Positions 26,301 to 41,300 of a stretch of 64,000 bases of DNA are shown in pieces. The position numbers were made by a program, and so were the translations under genes. The stretch comes from Balanoglossus misakiensis. Its lineage: Eukaryota; Animalia; Hemichordata. The stretch is from NCBI GenBank assembly GCA_040954595.2, contig CM082576.2, forward strand, positions 3,880,760 to 3,944,759, in the 5' to 3' direction. The stretch's first letter is position 1. Every line of letters starts with the position of its first letter. The notes under the pieces are model-generated. The model saw only the letters and a program-made list of their open reading frames with translations. It did not search any database and had not been told where the DNA came from.

Positions 26301-29300
26301 CAGCTTCTTGTACTGTGTTGTAGTACAGGGTAACTAAGAAGATATTACAACGACTTTACGGGTAGGAACGGCAGTGTTGGTATTGTGGTATTGTGAAGAG
26401 GGGTTGGATCAAGCAGGCGTTAGTACAGGCTATCCATGGTGTCAAGCAGAAACCATTGAAAAGTTGCAGTGGGATGTGTAATGGATCAAGTGCGGCTTGA
26501 TACTCTCTCTGTCTGTGGGCTCTTACTGAGCCGTTCGTAATTAGTCTCGATCAGCCAAATTTGAAGTGTATTATTGTGTATTGTATTGTGTATTTTCTTG
26601 CATTGTCGTCTTGTATTGTCCTGCACCGTAACCCCTGTCAGGTAATTGGCATGAACCTGACTTGTCTTCAGATCGGTGCAATTTGGCTGTACTTTACGGA
26701 GCCGTGACTTCTTTGTTGGGGAGAATTGCCACTACATGACTACTTTGAGTCTTCCATAGTGATAGACTGGCTATTTTGTTAGTGGAGTCCAGTGCCAAAA
26801 TGGGCCGGCGATAGTCTGCAACAAGTAGCCATAAGGTTTTAATGGAGACCCTCATATGCCTTGGAGGATCATGGTTAGAGAACAAGGGAAGCAGAGACTA
26901 GTAGTGCAAAAGTTCTGTTCAATTTAGTTTTGCTTTTTTTTTTTGGCAAAATGGTCAAAAAAAAAAAAAAATTGAAGCCTACGGCACATGGTATTCCCAG
27001 GCGGTCACCCATCCAAGTACTAACCATGCCCAACGCAGCTTAACTTTGGTGATCGGACAAGAACCAGTGTATTCTATGTGTGTTTTTTTTATATATATAT
27101 ATACATGTAGCTGACACCTTTACACTCCATCCTTGTCTACATGGCCCATAATTTGATCTATTCAATCAAATTGATTCAAATATAAAAAAATCCTGAATGC
27201 TGGAGGACTTACGGTCACACCATGTTGCAATCATGGAAACGACTAGTGTCTCCTTAAACTAAAATAACCTGGAAACGTGGCAACCAGGGAATTCAAAATA
27301 CCCTCTCACCTTGATCAGTACAATAGGACATAAAATTAAAAAGTAGTTTACACCAAGGTCGCAATTGTCCCCGAAATGGTGAACTTCCTTGACTACTATT
27401 GAACCGAGAAACCCATAATGTCCAGATGTCAAGGTGTCCTCAGTTGTTCTCGCAGGTCACCTGTTGTGAGGTTGAAGTTGATGTTTTTTCTCCGGAGTGA
27501 ATAGATCCTTTGTACTGTAAGAAAATAAAAAAGGGGCCTGTGTGAAGTGTTTTCCTTGGGGACTTAGGTTCAAGTGAGAGTAAAGGGAATCTTGACACAG
27601 TGCTGAAGGGTGTGTGTTGCCAAGTCTTCAGAAGATAATTCTGCAGTTGGCGCAACAATAGATGCTGCCAGTTGTTATTGTGTCTGGGATGTTTCTCTTT
27701 GCTGTTTCTTTCATTGCCGCCGTTCAGAACGTTTTCTCCTTGAGTGTCACAACTTGGACAGTCAAAGCGCAGCGCTGCATTGTTACTGTCGTCCATTGTG
27801 GTACAGCCAGGCTTCCCTGCTCTGTACAAATAACTGAAACGCTCATGAATATCAAAGGTGTTTTCAGTGAAACTTGTCCTTACAGCCACCTCCCTAATCA
27901 GGACACCTCTCTATTCAGGACAGATTTTCCGAGACATAAAGTACATTTTGAATAGAATATTACCTCTGTTTTTAAAAGGGCAACTTTCTAGTATTTTAAT
28001 CGGGACAGTTATTCTGTTCCCAAGGTGTCCATAATAGATTGGTTTCTCTCTATTTACCAAACAGAAATTAAACATGTGTGTAACTGTAAGCTTGAGAAAG
28101 TAAATAATGCCCCAGCAATTCCACTGTGACTACGGTAACTAGTAACTTGCCCTCTATCCGTAATATTTCAAGCTTGTCTCCACCGAAGCTTGCAAACAAC
28201 AAGTTACAGCACACCACCAGGCCTTACTACACTCATTGTGTTTGCATCATTTGAGGGATGGTAATCTGCAGAGAAGCAGTTAATGTTTGTTTCTATTTTT
28301 GATTTGTTTGTTTTCATTATATTAAAGAAGGAACAACTGCTATTGTCAGGATTATTTGCAAGCCAGTGCTTCATAACTTCGGTATGCTTGCCAGCAAGAA
28401 TTCTATACCAAGCAGGCCACTGAAGGACGCACAGGATCGATTCTTGGTATTGATCTGTGTTAGTGGATAACGGTGGCTTAGCGCAGGTGCTGTTATTCAG
28501 CCCTATTGTCTTCTGTTGTCCCGGCATTTACCCAGACTCAGTGGGTGTGTGGGTAAGGACACAGGTGGTGGTACATAGCCCCAAGAAAGTACGTTAAAAC
28601 CCCACAATCATGTACCATACCCCACTTCCCCCATGCTGAATGCTTTAATCCAAGTTGCGTGATCTGATGGGTAAATGCTAGTGCTGGTTATATACTCATA
28701 GGGTTGAAATACCTTGTGCAATTGGGGGGATGACCCTGCTCACATGTACATTATTAATGTGACTGTGCTTGCTCTCTATCCTGATCGGAATGTGGCTTTT
28801 GTTTTGCAAAGCACCCCTGGTGGTCCTATAATTTATATTTTAAAAAGACGGGTGCGGTATAGAAGTAGTGTGGTTTGAAACCATTATCTTCCGGTTGAAG
28901 TTCAATACTGCAAATTGTGGCACTTTCCCCAATGTATGTTTCTGTGTTTATAATATGAGAAGAGAGTATATCTACTTCCACGTTCTTTGATTTCAATATT
29001 CCAAGACCATACGTACTGACTGTTTCTATGTACTACTATGAGAGCAAATTATGCCACTTCGTCCATTCCAGGGTCAGTAATCTCTACATGTTTGTAAAAC
29101 ACTGATGAGCCGTAAATAGATTTCCTGAAATATAACTGACAACGGTAAAAATAAAAATGTATACCCGCTGTCACATACAATTACCAGTTGAAACTCTGTA
29201 GAATATTTGATTATCATTAAGATCGTAAAATATCTCTCTCTCACAGTCTCATGACATATTTGTAAATAATCTGACCTTTGAAGAAGACAGGAAGTCTCAA

Positions 29301-32300
29301 GAGCCCAACTGCTCAATAATTGGAAAGAAATGTTCGACTCTGTGGGACTTGGTATATGTATGAGATTGCCAATTACGCAAGTTTCAGTAAATTTGTTTTT
29401 TCTTTCCAATTGATTCCATGCTGACAGTTGGTAGCCCTAATATGTACTCATCAATGATAATCATCTCCTTATCCTACCCCCCCCCCCCTCCCCTTAAGCT
29501 AAGTCATCAGTATCCCCCTTTGTGAGTTGAATAATTTATACGCCTGGTATAAGGCAAGGTCAACTATCAGGGTGTTCTCCAGTGGTCCCTTCTATTGATC
29601 ACAGACCAATTTTCAGAATCCCCCTTATTACTCCAAAAATAATTTGTGTGAAAAGGGCAGTCGTTCAGTCATTGTCAACTTCAAAGATGTCACGGTCGTC
29701 TTCAGGTGTTTCGGTATTTATCTCATTATTCAGCGATTAATTCAAATACAGGGTGCCAGTGTGTGTGTGTGTGTGTTTGTTGACAATAGTGAACTGCCTA
29801 GTTCTGGAGACCAGTACAAAAAATATGCATAAAATAAAGACACAGACCTACACACACCTCCAGAAAGACCCTGTGTGAATTTCTTGCTGTACAGTGAGTT
29901 GTTGTGTTCTAAAACAAGTTTCTCAGCGATAACCCAGTTGCTCTTGCTTTGGTCTTTACATAAACATTTTTAGCAAAAGATAAGCCAAAACCCCATGTAG
30001 TGTGTCACACAGCTTCCGATAACTGCAGCGCTGGAATTTTCATCTCCCATTTGGCATCTGGATATGTTGCAGCACGGGAGCTGAAACAGATCATGTGACA
30101 TTTATCATCTGGGTGTTTATTAAATCTGTATAAATGATATCTGTCTACTTCAAAAGACTTGAAAAGTTCAGCAGTTATCGCTTAATACTTTCACAGTGGT
30201 AAAAATCCATGGTAGATTGGAAGTGCAAATTTTGAAAGTAAGTGTGACTGTAGTGTTAAAATACACATATAAGTCAAACTGTCGGTCAAATGTCCAATAT
30301 TTCTTTTATTAAAAACTATGGACGATTTTTTACTCACTTTGAAAAATGACAATTCATTTTAGACCGGATATGGCCTCGATCTACAAATGGGCCCTAAAAC
30401 CAGGGGGGGGCGTTTGTCCGAGCAGGGGCTCTTACCCGGCAAACTACGGTAACAGTAAAGTATGAGGAAGTTCAAGGTGATTGACAACATCAGAACAAAA
30501 TTTAAATCATCTTCCTGTTCAGTAATTTTGTGAATTTATAGATGGAGGCCACATCACAGATGGTTTGCACTTGTATCCGGACATACATACACAAAAGACA
30601 CTGGCACCAAGTGTACAGAATAGTTCAGCTGTCGTGGGTTTTCAAAAAGTGTCAGTAATGCTGTCACTAGGAAAGAGGAAACATGTGCACAGAGATATCT
30701 CTCTATAGGAAACAAAAGGCCAGACTGAAGAGTCTGTTCCGGCTTAACATGGTCAAATTTTAGTATGAATAAATATTTTGTAGATGTTATTTCATATTAA
30801 AGTTCATTGACTTAATTACTCTCTTTTGACCCTCTGTCCCTGTATCAAGAATAAAACTCAAAATAAAATTTGACTTCTATTGTTTGACAGACACATGTAT
30901 GATAATTCTCAATGATAATTGCAAAATTTGTGAAACATCAGTTCAACATTTCACATTCATTGTGTTCTGATGTGGACTGGTATGTAGCAGCTGTGTTGGT
31001 AGCCATTTTTAGATTGACGGAATCGATATAAAAATAAGATGGGTGTCTGGCTGTGTGTTCTAAATGAAAGCAAAAGTGATTTATTGACAATGTACAATAT
31101 TTTGGTGCATTTAGTCGTTAGTGGGTAAAGTAAAATAGCTTGCCCTTGGGCATTGCCCCCCTGGTGAGTTTCATTCCGGTATTTTGTGAAACCAATGACC
31201 TACAGGTATGTTTGTGTTAAACAGGGCAGTTTGGTTTGTTGTGGTTTTAGGATATACTCTTTGTAGACTATAGCCAGCTGTTGTGCCTATCAGCCAATAA
31301 AATGACAGGGGTATGTGCTGGTGATGTGACCTCCAATGAACTTATCTCAGTCAGTCGTGTTACATTTCAACACCCAGGATGCAGGTAATAATTTGAAAAA
31401 AAACTCTTGTATCATATAGCGTTACTTAACAATCGGGTATCTCTTGGTTTTATCATAAGTCATCAATTTGTCAGTCGTTGACAGTTTCTCTATCAGCAAA
31501 TGGGAGCTGTTCTAGAATCAGAAACCCTCTTGCCTGGTAAATGAAGTGGAAAATTGTCCGATGATTTTACGTCCATTGAACCGAGTGACACATATGAAAT
31601 CCTTTCAACCGATGAGAAAGAGAACGCGAGAGAAAGAGATATTGTTTTCATGGAACGTGAACAAGGGGGTTTATTGGTTTTGAATGTCTGTTGTGAAGTA
31701 GAATACCTGTAGTATTGAGAAGTGCATACTGTCAGAGATAGAAGATGATCAAGCATAAAGGTGCAAAAGTAGGACATCGTTAAAAAAAGGCATTGTCTGA
31801 TTGTACCATCCTCTAACGACTGTTGCCGTGTTGGATGGGTTAGTTCTTTTATACGCCCTCTGCTCACTTGTACTGCATGTGTTCTGTTTGACACGTAACT
31901 TTAATGCCCAATTCTGCCCTTTTTAATGTTGATTCTTGTGTCAACAATACTGTCCGTTGTATAGAAATGATCCACGCCTAAATACCCATTTTCCTAACGT
32001 CGGTGATTTGTGAAGGTCACTGTGGAGAAATTATAACACTAGGAGTCTTCGCAGATGAAGTTTTGAGATTCATTGTTCGTATGACCAGCCAGAGTTCTCC
32101 AGGCCAATGTGACAGTGGCACGTTACTGACATACAGAAGCTCCCCCTGGTACTGGGAAACTTTGGTATACAAACTGATGCAAAAAGAAATATTCTCATAT
32201 TGATAATTGAAGTCAGTTGTGTGTTACAAAATATACATGTATGTGATGTAATGCTCATCTACCAAGATGAACTTCACTTGACCAGAAAAGAGATTGACAT

Positions 32301-35300
32301 GCATTGTGATAACATTTGATAATGCTGAATCACAAGTTGATGCAGCTCATCAAAAAACCTCTCATTGAAGTCTTTCCAAATGTTGGTTATTTCTACACCT
32401 GGCCGTCAGTGTTTGTTCCATTTGTCAGAAATCTGTGATCATCTATCATTTCATAATTGACAGCCCCAATGTCCAGCTTGTCCAAGAAGGTCCTTGTCCG
32501 CCCGTACTGATCAGACTTGGAACCATGCCAACTTTTCATATCACCCAGATTTTGAACGTAGCCAAGGAGAAACAAGGGAATTAATTGGGTTGGCTTTCTT
32601 TTTGTGGTTTGGAGTTTGTAATGGAGATGTTTTACCCCTTTATGTGGCTAATGCGTGACCCCTGGTCTGGTATACGCACTCAGCCATTTTTAAAACCCAA
32701 TTTTGATAGTTTCCATGGTGACATGTGATTGGTGCTTTCATGGTACCCATATCCCCCAGTAATTGTCATCCTCAGATAACATTTGGCAGTCATTCAAGTC
32801 ATTAAAATGACATTGGAAGAAATTATTGCAGTGCCGTGTCCTTCCTTCTAAGTTTTGATGTTTCGTTTCTTTTTAAATAATGAAAAATAAAAATCTGTCC
32901 TTGTGATTCAACCCACTCCAGTCTTTCCATCGCCAACTCTGCTACCTTTTTGGTTAAATCCAGAGACAGTGAAATAAGGAAAAAATTCCAGATGGTGGTA
33001 AAATTGTTCTCAGCCAGTGTTTATGTGTGGCTTAGGACCAACCTTAGTTACCAGGTGTACCATTGTGCACCTTGGTGAGACACCAGTCTGCACTATTTAA
33101 ACCTACATATATCATGCATGGATTCATTCCCTATCAAATCCCAAATCCCAAATCCCTAACAGATCATAGTTTCTGGTCACTATGAAGGTTTTTTTTTTTT
33201 TTAAATAGACAAAATTCAGGCCGTACCAGAAGTGTGCATCTCAAAAAAGGTGGCTTTCATTTTGAGTTTGTTGACAGATTTCTAATTTAACATTTTGATT
33301 GATAAAGAGAAGTTCCGTACAGCCAAGGGCATTTTTATCTATCATATTAGGGAAATATATCCCAGTATTCTGGTCAGATTGGGTTTCAGAGTGGAAGGAT
33401 TTCCACTATAGATATTGGTCTCACATGGTATGAGATATCAACATAGTATGTTAGCATCATGGAATTTGACTGACATGTATTTGTGGGGGCATATTGCTGA
33501 TTGTACAACCCCCCCCCCCCCCCAACCCATGATGCATATTGACAAAATACAAAACCCTTCAGAGAACCAATTGATAAGTGTTTTCATTTCAGATTACCAA
33601 AGCACCCAATTAAAATCCATCATATTGTTCACTTTGTTGATTTTCAAATCACCAGCCATCAGCTGAACCAATATTGGCCAACTGGGCAAGGTCAATGTTA
33701 GCAACAAGGGTTCACAAACCAACAGACTCGATGACATGCCAATTGGAGTTGATGGAGATAGCCAGCCATGTGTGGAATGTAACCATTATGGCAGTGTTTA
33801 TGATGTCATCACGCTTGGATACATTTCATTTTCAAATATTTGCTGCCATAGTAACAAGATTAGGTTCTTGAAATTGTAAAGTTACAATTAGAGGGCTCTA
33901 ATATATTGGTATAATGGTACTCATAAGTGATTTTGCATGGTTCTTTCTACTGTTGCAGTGCTGAGTTTAAAATGCTTGAGAGCTGATGTACATACTCTTT
34001 AAATAAAAGTAGTAATGGCTTCTAAATCTTACAGTTGGTTCATAATGTCACTGACGTAAAATGAAAATGTTTGTAATCAACCTTTCAAATGTGGTCCACT
34101 GTTTACATATAGTAGAGCAAACATTTTTAAACAGGTCATGGAATTGCTGCTATTTTAAAAGCTTTTAAAAATGCAACCTGCCTTCCGTGCAGCCTGAATA
34201 TGGTGCATATGATTCTGTGGCATGTGTGTGTGTGTGTGTGAGGGGTACAAGTGTATTCATTTACATCAATGAATGCGTGTGTATGTTGTTCAGATAAATT
34301 TCCATATGTCAGCAAAATTGTTTAAAAAATAATCCAGGCAACCTCATAGCTTACCCTCTATCAATATCATGATTGTACATACCGGTAGAATACATCAAAA
34401 ATAAAATATTACTCGAAGATACGATGGCATATATATATTACACAGTTTTAAATTTATGAAGCTTCGTTTCAAGTGCTGTGTGTTTTATGGCTGATGTTTT
34501 TATTTGTATAACTGATATTTTACAATGATAAGTGTCTCTATGATAATTATGAGGCATGTCCTATCATGTTAGTTAGATTGTGTAATGAATCTATAACACA
34601 AACAGACACAATGATTAGTGTAACTGTCCCTGTATATTACAAATTGCACAACATTTTCGTTATACTATGGGTTAACTCTTTTATGACTGGTGGCATAGAG
34701 GAGGGGAGAGGACAGAATTGACAAATTCTTTGATATCACGCAACCTGCGCTCAATGGACAGGTCACCAGGGCTTTAAAATCCGCTGGCGACTTCTAAAGT
34801 AGTCGCACGTGGTGTCCTTTGTGGCCGGTTGAAAAGAAACGGTCAAAGAGCCAACACACGAATCAAAGAACCTGTTCACTGTTGGCATGACGCCCCTCAA
34901 ACAACTCTTAAATCATTTCAACTTCAAAAATAAATTTGGAGGGAATTTACGTTTTTTTAATGGTCATTAAATTCTGCTATATTGACTTTGCTGTGAAGTG
35001 CTGGCATGGTTTGTGTTTGTGATGCATGTCAGCTATAGAGTTTCACTGAGCTCCAATTAAACACTTTTTTTTATTGGTCAAGGGACAAACTTACAGAAAT
35101 ATTTTTATAGACATCAATTGGTAAGTTCCCTTTGTCCAGCAAAAACTTTTGCTGGGTCATTTTATTTTTAAGAGCAGGTTGCCGGAAATTTTCAAATTAT
35201 GTTTATGCATGTTCTTGGGACTGCTTGCAGTTCTGGCATGCTGACTTCATAATAGTCGAATTAATGTTTAATATTATATACCTCTTGTAGAAACTCATTT

Positions 35301-38300
35301 TCTATGAACTTGAGCACTGTCCAACCAAGTGTTGGCTGTAATAACAGGCTGAAAGAAAAGAACCAAATATTGGGTGGGCCCACTTCTCCTCATATGAATG
35401 AATTTTATAAGCATGTGACAGAACAATGAGTATTCCAACAAAAAAAAGTATGGCCAACCTCTTTGACCTTTGTTCGTTCATTTGTTGTCACTGAGTGGTT
35501 GCACTAACAAAAAAGTCAAGACCCTTCTCGTTGTGTAATCTGTACCAAAACGCACTGTTCGCAGATCGACAGATATAGCATTTTCAGAATTGTGTCGATC
35601 AGAAAAGGGACAAGGGGAATGAAAGATATAGCAGATTACTGTGTTGGTGAAAAAATATTAGATGACATCTTGATAAAGATTTTGATTTGTTGATGGATTA
35701 GACAGCTTGATATTTGTACATGAAATGTATTGCACAGATGTAACTGTCTGTCACCTGAGGCTTGGGGGTATCAGGCCCGGGTCCTCAGAGACTCAGTTGA
35801 TATACCACCGGAATGTCTGCACACAGTTGGCACACACTTGGCATGTTGCTGTGCCAGACGTACACACAGCTGCTTCCTAAACCTTGGTAACCTTCCGGTG
35901 AACCGCATGTTTAGTGGTGTTACTTTTTTTGTGGAGAGTTTCAGATCGGAAGCAGGACAAGTCTTGATTCTGACGTTGTGCGTTTGTGAGGGGCGTGGGG
36001 TTTTAAAAATCTTGCATGCGTACTGCCTGTCGGTTTCACTGGCCAGGGTGTTGATTTCACTGGCATTAATGTCAGTTTCACGCTCTTGAGGGGACTTCTT
36101 TCAATTGGGTGACATGCGGAAGATACAAGTATTCACTGCGATCGGTTTGAAATTAAATGGTCAGCCTATCACTGACTTTCGGTTGTTTATTGTTCTTCCC
36201 AGCCTACAGTAACCGGGGTATTGTATTTCAACTCTCTGCGTCCTAGAGATATGAGCAGCTGTGTCCGTTTGACTCTGATATCTTTGAAAATGAACAAAGG
36301 CACATATCAGTCATAGATGTTTCTCAGAATATCAGAGTCCAGCGCAGACATTAAATTGAGAGTGGTTGCACTTTAATCAAATTGGTCAAAGCTTACATTT
36401 GCTGGAAAAATTGATAAACATGTAATTTTATGATATTTTCGTGAAAAAATTATTCACATAGAAACAAAAGACTGCAGAAGTAGACAGCTATTTACAGGTA
36501 ACTGCTTGGTATCAGCAGGGGGAAAGCAGGTCACCAGGTTAAAGGTTTATAGCACCTTTCTAAGTGACATGACATCATATGTACATGTACATGATGTACA
36601 ACACCCTGTCAAGGGTCACATTCACAAATTCAGTAGTTTCCCATCATGCCTTGCAAATGTAACAGTGTGTCCTCTATTGGTTTGTTTGAAGACATGTTTA
36701 AGTGTACCTGAATAAACTTATAATTGAACCATCATATTACAGCTCCCAACAGGTCCCTCTGTAACCATCTTTTTCATGTAAAGTGTTGTTTTATAAATGC
36801 CTCTATATATTCAAATGTGTACTGCATATTGTATGTAAAAATGTAAAATAAATAGAAAATCACCATTGCACCACAACACTGCTTTTAATAATTAAAATAA
36901 ATAAGAAGCATAGCTTTTGTCATTGGCCTAAAGGGCAGAACAAAGATACCGGTAATTCAATTTACGACTTTTCTGATGAAATATAAGAGCAGGTGTAATT
37001 TACACAATAAACAAAACTGACCTAGATATTACATGAAAGAGTTTGCAATTGAGGCCCTTTGTTGATATTCGTGTGCCCTAGTTCCAATTGTATCAGACTT
37101 TTTGAAGGATTTGATAAAGTGAAGTGAGGCAGAGTGTGTGCTGGATCAATACACAGATCATGGAGAGGGTGCAGTGATAGATGTCAGAGTTCAGAGTTCA
37201 AGTGTTATGTTTCTCTAATGAACTCAGACTGTCACAGATAAGGTGGTGCAAGGTTGCCATAGAGATTCACCATACCAATGTATGACAGTCAAGTGTTTAC
37301 TGCTAAATCTCATCACCATAAACCGAACTCATGTCAGACTCTTTGACTCCATTGCTATAGACACGGCATTCTCTCGATCATTTGATCATATTCTGATCAA
37401 TTTTTCACAAGTTAATTATGTTGTTTTAGCTATGAAAGCATAATGAAATGTTAACAATCATCGTTAAGAGCAAGAGTGGTGATATATGTGATAATAATAC
37501 CACTTGTGTAATCAAGTTAATTATCTGTGCTACTAAAAGAGAGTGGGGACAAAGGTAAATTAATTGGTGTCAATATACACTAGTTAAGTAACCTTTACAG
37601 TGGCACGTTCCATGTTGGTTCAGACAGAGAGGTAATTTTCTCAACAGATGGGAATTGCACTGAAAAAACAAAGACTAGCAAAGCCCATCTCTGAATTACA
37701 CACAACACACAAAGCATAGTTTGGACGCTGGGTGTGAAAGTTTTTTGTCCAGTGGCAGGAGAATTCTCTCGTCTGAAACGAAAATAATGTACACCATTGA
37801 TGACTTTGTTCCCTCAGAACCAAGTGGTTGTTTTCAGATTTGTTTAGCTCAGAGTCTACCAGAACTGTACATGGAGAATGAAACTGCCAGCTTCATCTGG
37901 ATAGGGATGGCCTCCATCTTTCTGGCAAAAAGCAGCAACTTCAACTTTTTATACAAATGTCCAAAAGTGCAGGGATTTAGCAAAAATTAGGGCTAGGTAT
38001 GAAGGAAAGTTGGATTAGATCGGTCATATATTTAAAAAGATTTATTTAACCGTGTACGGTATAAAACAAATGTTTATCTACAGCATTTTTCTCTGCTTGA
38101 AATATTGTTTTCTCAGACACATCAAGGAACACAATGAACAACATCTCAGAATCATTTTGGGGGGCAAGCGTACTTGCTCTGTACGGGTTTATGAAACCAA
38201 CCTACAGAAACTAGCTGTGTGAACTACAGCTGGCATTTATACACTCAATCAGATGCATCATGGGATTTCAATAGACTGTGAAGGCATTTGATCCCGGTAA

Positions 38301-41300
38301 TGCACACAGCAGGTGCACCGCTGTAAACAACCGCTCTCAGTCTGTCTTTGAATGGAAATAGGTGCTGCGTCACTATTAATATGACATTCAGCGATTAGTG
38401 AGGTGGCACTTGATGTGACAAAAATAATTGTTTTTGGCCAAAGTTGATGTGGAGCTGTGTGCTCTGCAACTCGTACAGTGCCACTATGCCACCAGTCATG
38501 TACATATACCGGCGTGCCAGTTAGAGTCATGCCAGTGTTGGCTTCCCATCGGATTCGGAGTTACGCTAAATTAAATAAATTCAACTTTACACTACTCTGA
38601 ATTGAGATTTCAAAAGACTTCACACAGTCTTTTCCAGCCATTTCTCCGACAAAAGCGAGTACAATATGATATAGAAATGAAATGTCACGACAGTTTGAAC
38701 GCTGTGCCCCAACGTGTGCGACAGGAGAAAAAAAGAAATAAATGGGTTGCGGGTTTTGAAGGTAAAGTGAGGGACCAGAGTTCAGTGCAGACTTTAAACC
38801 ATTGTGTATGTTCCATTACAGTGCCTATTGTTGTTCAGAGATGGAGTTAAGTGCCTAGTGTGTGTGAAGAGAATGTTTAAAAAGTCGCTTGAAAAGTGAT
38901 TTTTGTCCATTGATGCAGTTTACCTTCGGGAATCAGGCTTTTCTGCCAAGTAGATGACTTCCTGTCAAAGAAATGATCATGCTTGTAATAATTGTAGAAC
39001 CATAAGGTTCATTTCCGAGTTGTTGAAATACATTTATTGTGTAATTAAAATCACTGCAATGTTTGGGTAGACATAACATGAACTTAATGAAACGGTTTAG
39101 ACAGATGTACCCACAAGTTGAATTCAGTGTTGTGATAAAATGCTGAACCTAGACGTTTACCCGTGTCCCGGGAGTTTGTGGTCAGTGTTGACCGTTACCA
39201 TAGCAACAGTTCGCTGTGATACCTGAGCCTACTCCATGCAGTCAACGATACGTTTAATACTTCATTGCTTGAAACCCAGTCTTACCATCTGGCTCTCTGC
39301 CAGTCTTCAACTTGTATGAAAACACAGTACTTAGAGAAAAGAAAAAGAAATGAGCCCCCCCAGTATGGAGATGTTGAAGGTGACATTGTACGCAATTGCC
39401 AACCCAAGTCACTCAGCATATGCCCAGAAACCATTACTATAATCAGCATGGACAGGTATTATTAAGTTTGCCTTTTGATAAACAGGTAATAAAGGCCCAG
39501 TGTTAAGCTGATTTTATAAAAAGGTTTGTTGTGAAGTTTTAAGATCGTGACCTAGATTTGAAGCCCAGATTCTGTACTGATATCGACTGCAGTCATAAAC
39601 CAAGATTATTGGAGCATTTTGGCGAGATTTTTACTCTCATATCCTACAAACGGGATGGAAGTTGTGTGTGGTCCAACGTTGATTCACTATGAACATGTAG
39701 AATAACATAAACTGTGTCTTGTATCAAACATTATTAATGGAAAAAGTGCAGTGAGAGAGAGACTTTGTCCCATTAAAGAAGCAAGTAAGTCTGTCCAAAC
39801 GTCAGGTGGCCAAATCTACATCCCCTGCACATCGCCTTTGGCTGTTGTTTGAGGAGCTTGTGCGTGGCACGTGTGGAGACACTTGTGTCTCAGAAGCCAA
39901 TTCAGTGGCAAGTTACAATTGTTTTGTAAGAAGTGCTTGCAGTTGCAAAATCCATCAACTGTAAAGGCATGAACAGAATTATTCTCTGTATCACCTATCC
40001 CAGAATGCAGTGCTGTCAGATATTGCAGGCGACAATTTCCCAACTATTATTGCAAGGATCATTGTGCATCTCTCAGTTGTAACCCCATGACATACACTAT
40101 TCAACCATAGAGATTTTTTCGATTTCAATGACCAGACCAGACACTTTTTGTGGAGGAGTTAAGAACGCCAGGAGCAGTCTCATGCCTGGAATTGCAACAT
40201 TTTTTGCATTGAAAAAGAACAACAAAATTCTAATGATTACAGTAACAGTACTGGTTTTACATTATACCTACTTGTCCATGGATAATTATGTCATAAAACC
40301 AGCTAATTCATCATTTCAGTTGAGGTGTGCAGTCCTCTGCAGGCGTTCTAAATAAATGGAATGTCGTTCAGAGAATACAGCGGTACCCGGCTTTGTATTG
40401 CTTCCTGATTAATGATAATCTAGCAGACAATTGATGCCATTGTCTCGCTGAGTAGAAAAGCAGGTTTTTGGTTTGTTTTGTTTTGCTTTGTTTTGTCTAG
40501 TGCCGTCTGATGGTCAGATCTGGGTAATTGTGACCTTGTGGTTATACTTTGAATTCTTTTAAACTACTGTAGAAGCCAGATTAAAAAGCTGAAATTTATG
40601 GTTTCTGATGTTCCATGTGCGTCAGGCCGTCTCAACCCCCCTTGACATTGAAATGGGAAGGTGTAAATTTTAAACCAGGAGTGGAAGTGCGGGCAACGGA
40701 TTACTCATCGTTCACAATACCATTGTTCTTTTCTGTTGTGAGCCGTGCGCTCGGGCGAACAATGCAAACAAAGGAAAAACACTCATGGGCAAATATTTGT
40801 TGGTCTTTATTTGGTTGAAGTGGAGAGAAAAATACCCGTTTTTTTTCATCTCTTTGATCAAGGGTGTTTTACATGAGCGTGATTTACCACTGTGAAGCCT
40901 ACTGTCCATCGCAGCTTTTGCGGGGGCAGTCAAAGACGTCGTCGGTCACAGTGTGCACAATCCCTGGCACGGTGCCACCTCAAAAAAAGTTTTGCGTACC
41001 AGGCCTCTCGTAAAAGTCATTGATCTAGCATTTGAAACTTTTTGTCATATTCCATAGAACATAATTGTTAGTGTTTATCATTTGTGGGCTTGCAGCCGCT
41101 TTCTGTGTCACCATTAAGAGAACAATCGCTCTCGTAAAATTTAATTATATAGGATTTAACACGCTATTTGTCCTGCCATGAGGATATCGTTAGACAATGG
41201 TCATTTCCGAAGAGGGATGGAGCATTTGAACTTGTTGTCAACACGTCCATCATAAAATGCTCCTATGATGTCCGTGTCGCAAGGGTAGTAAAGACCTTAC

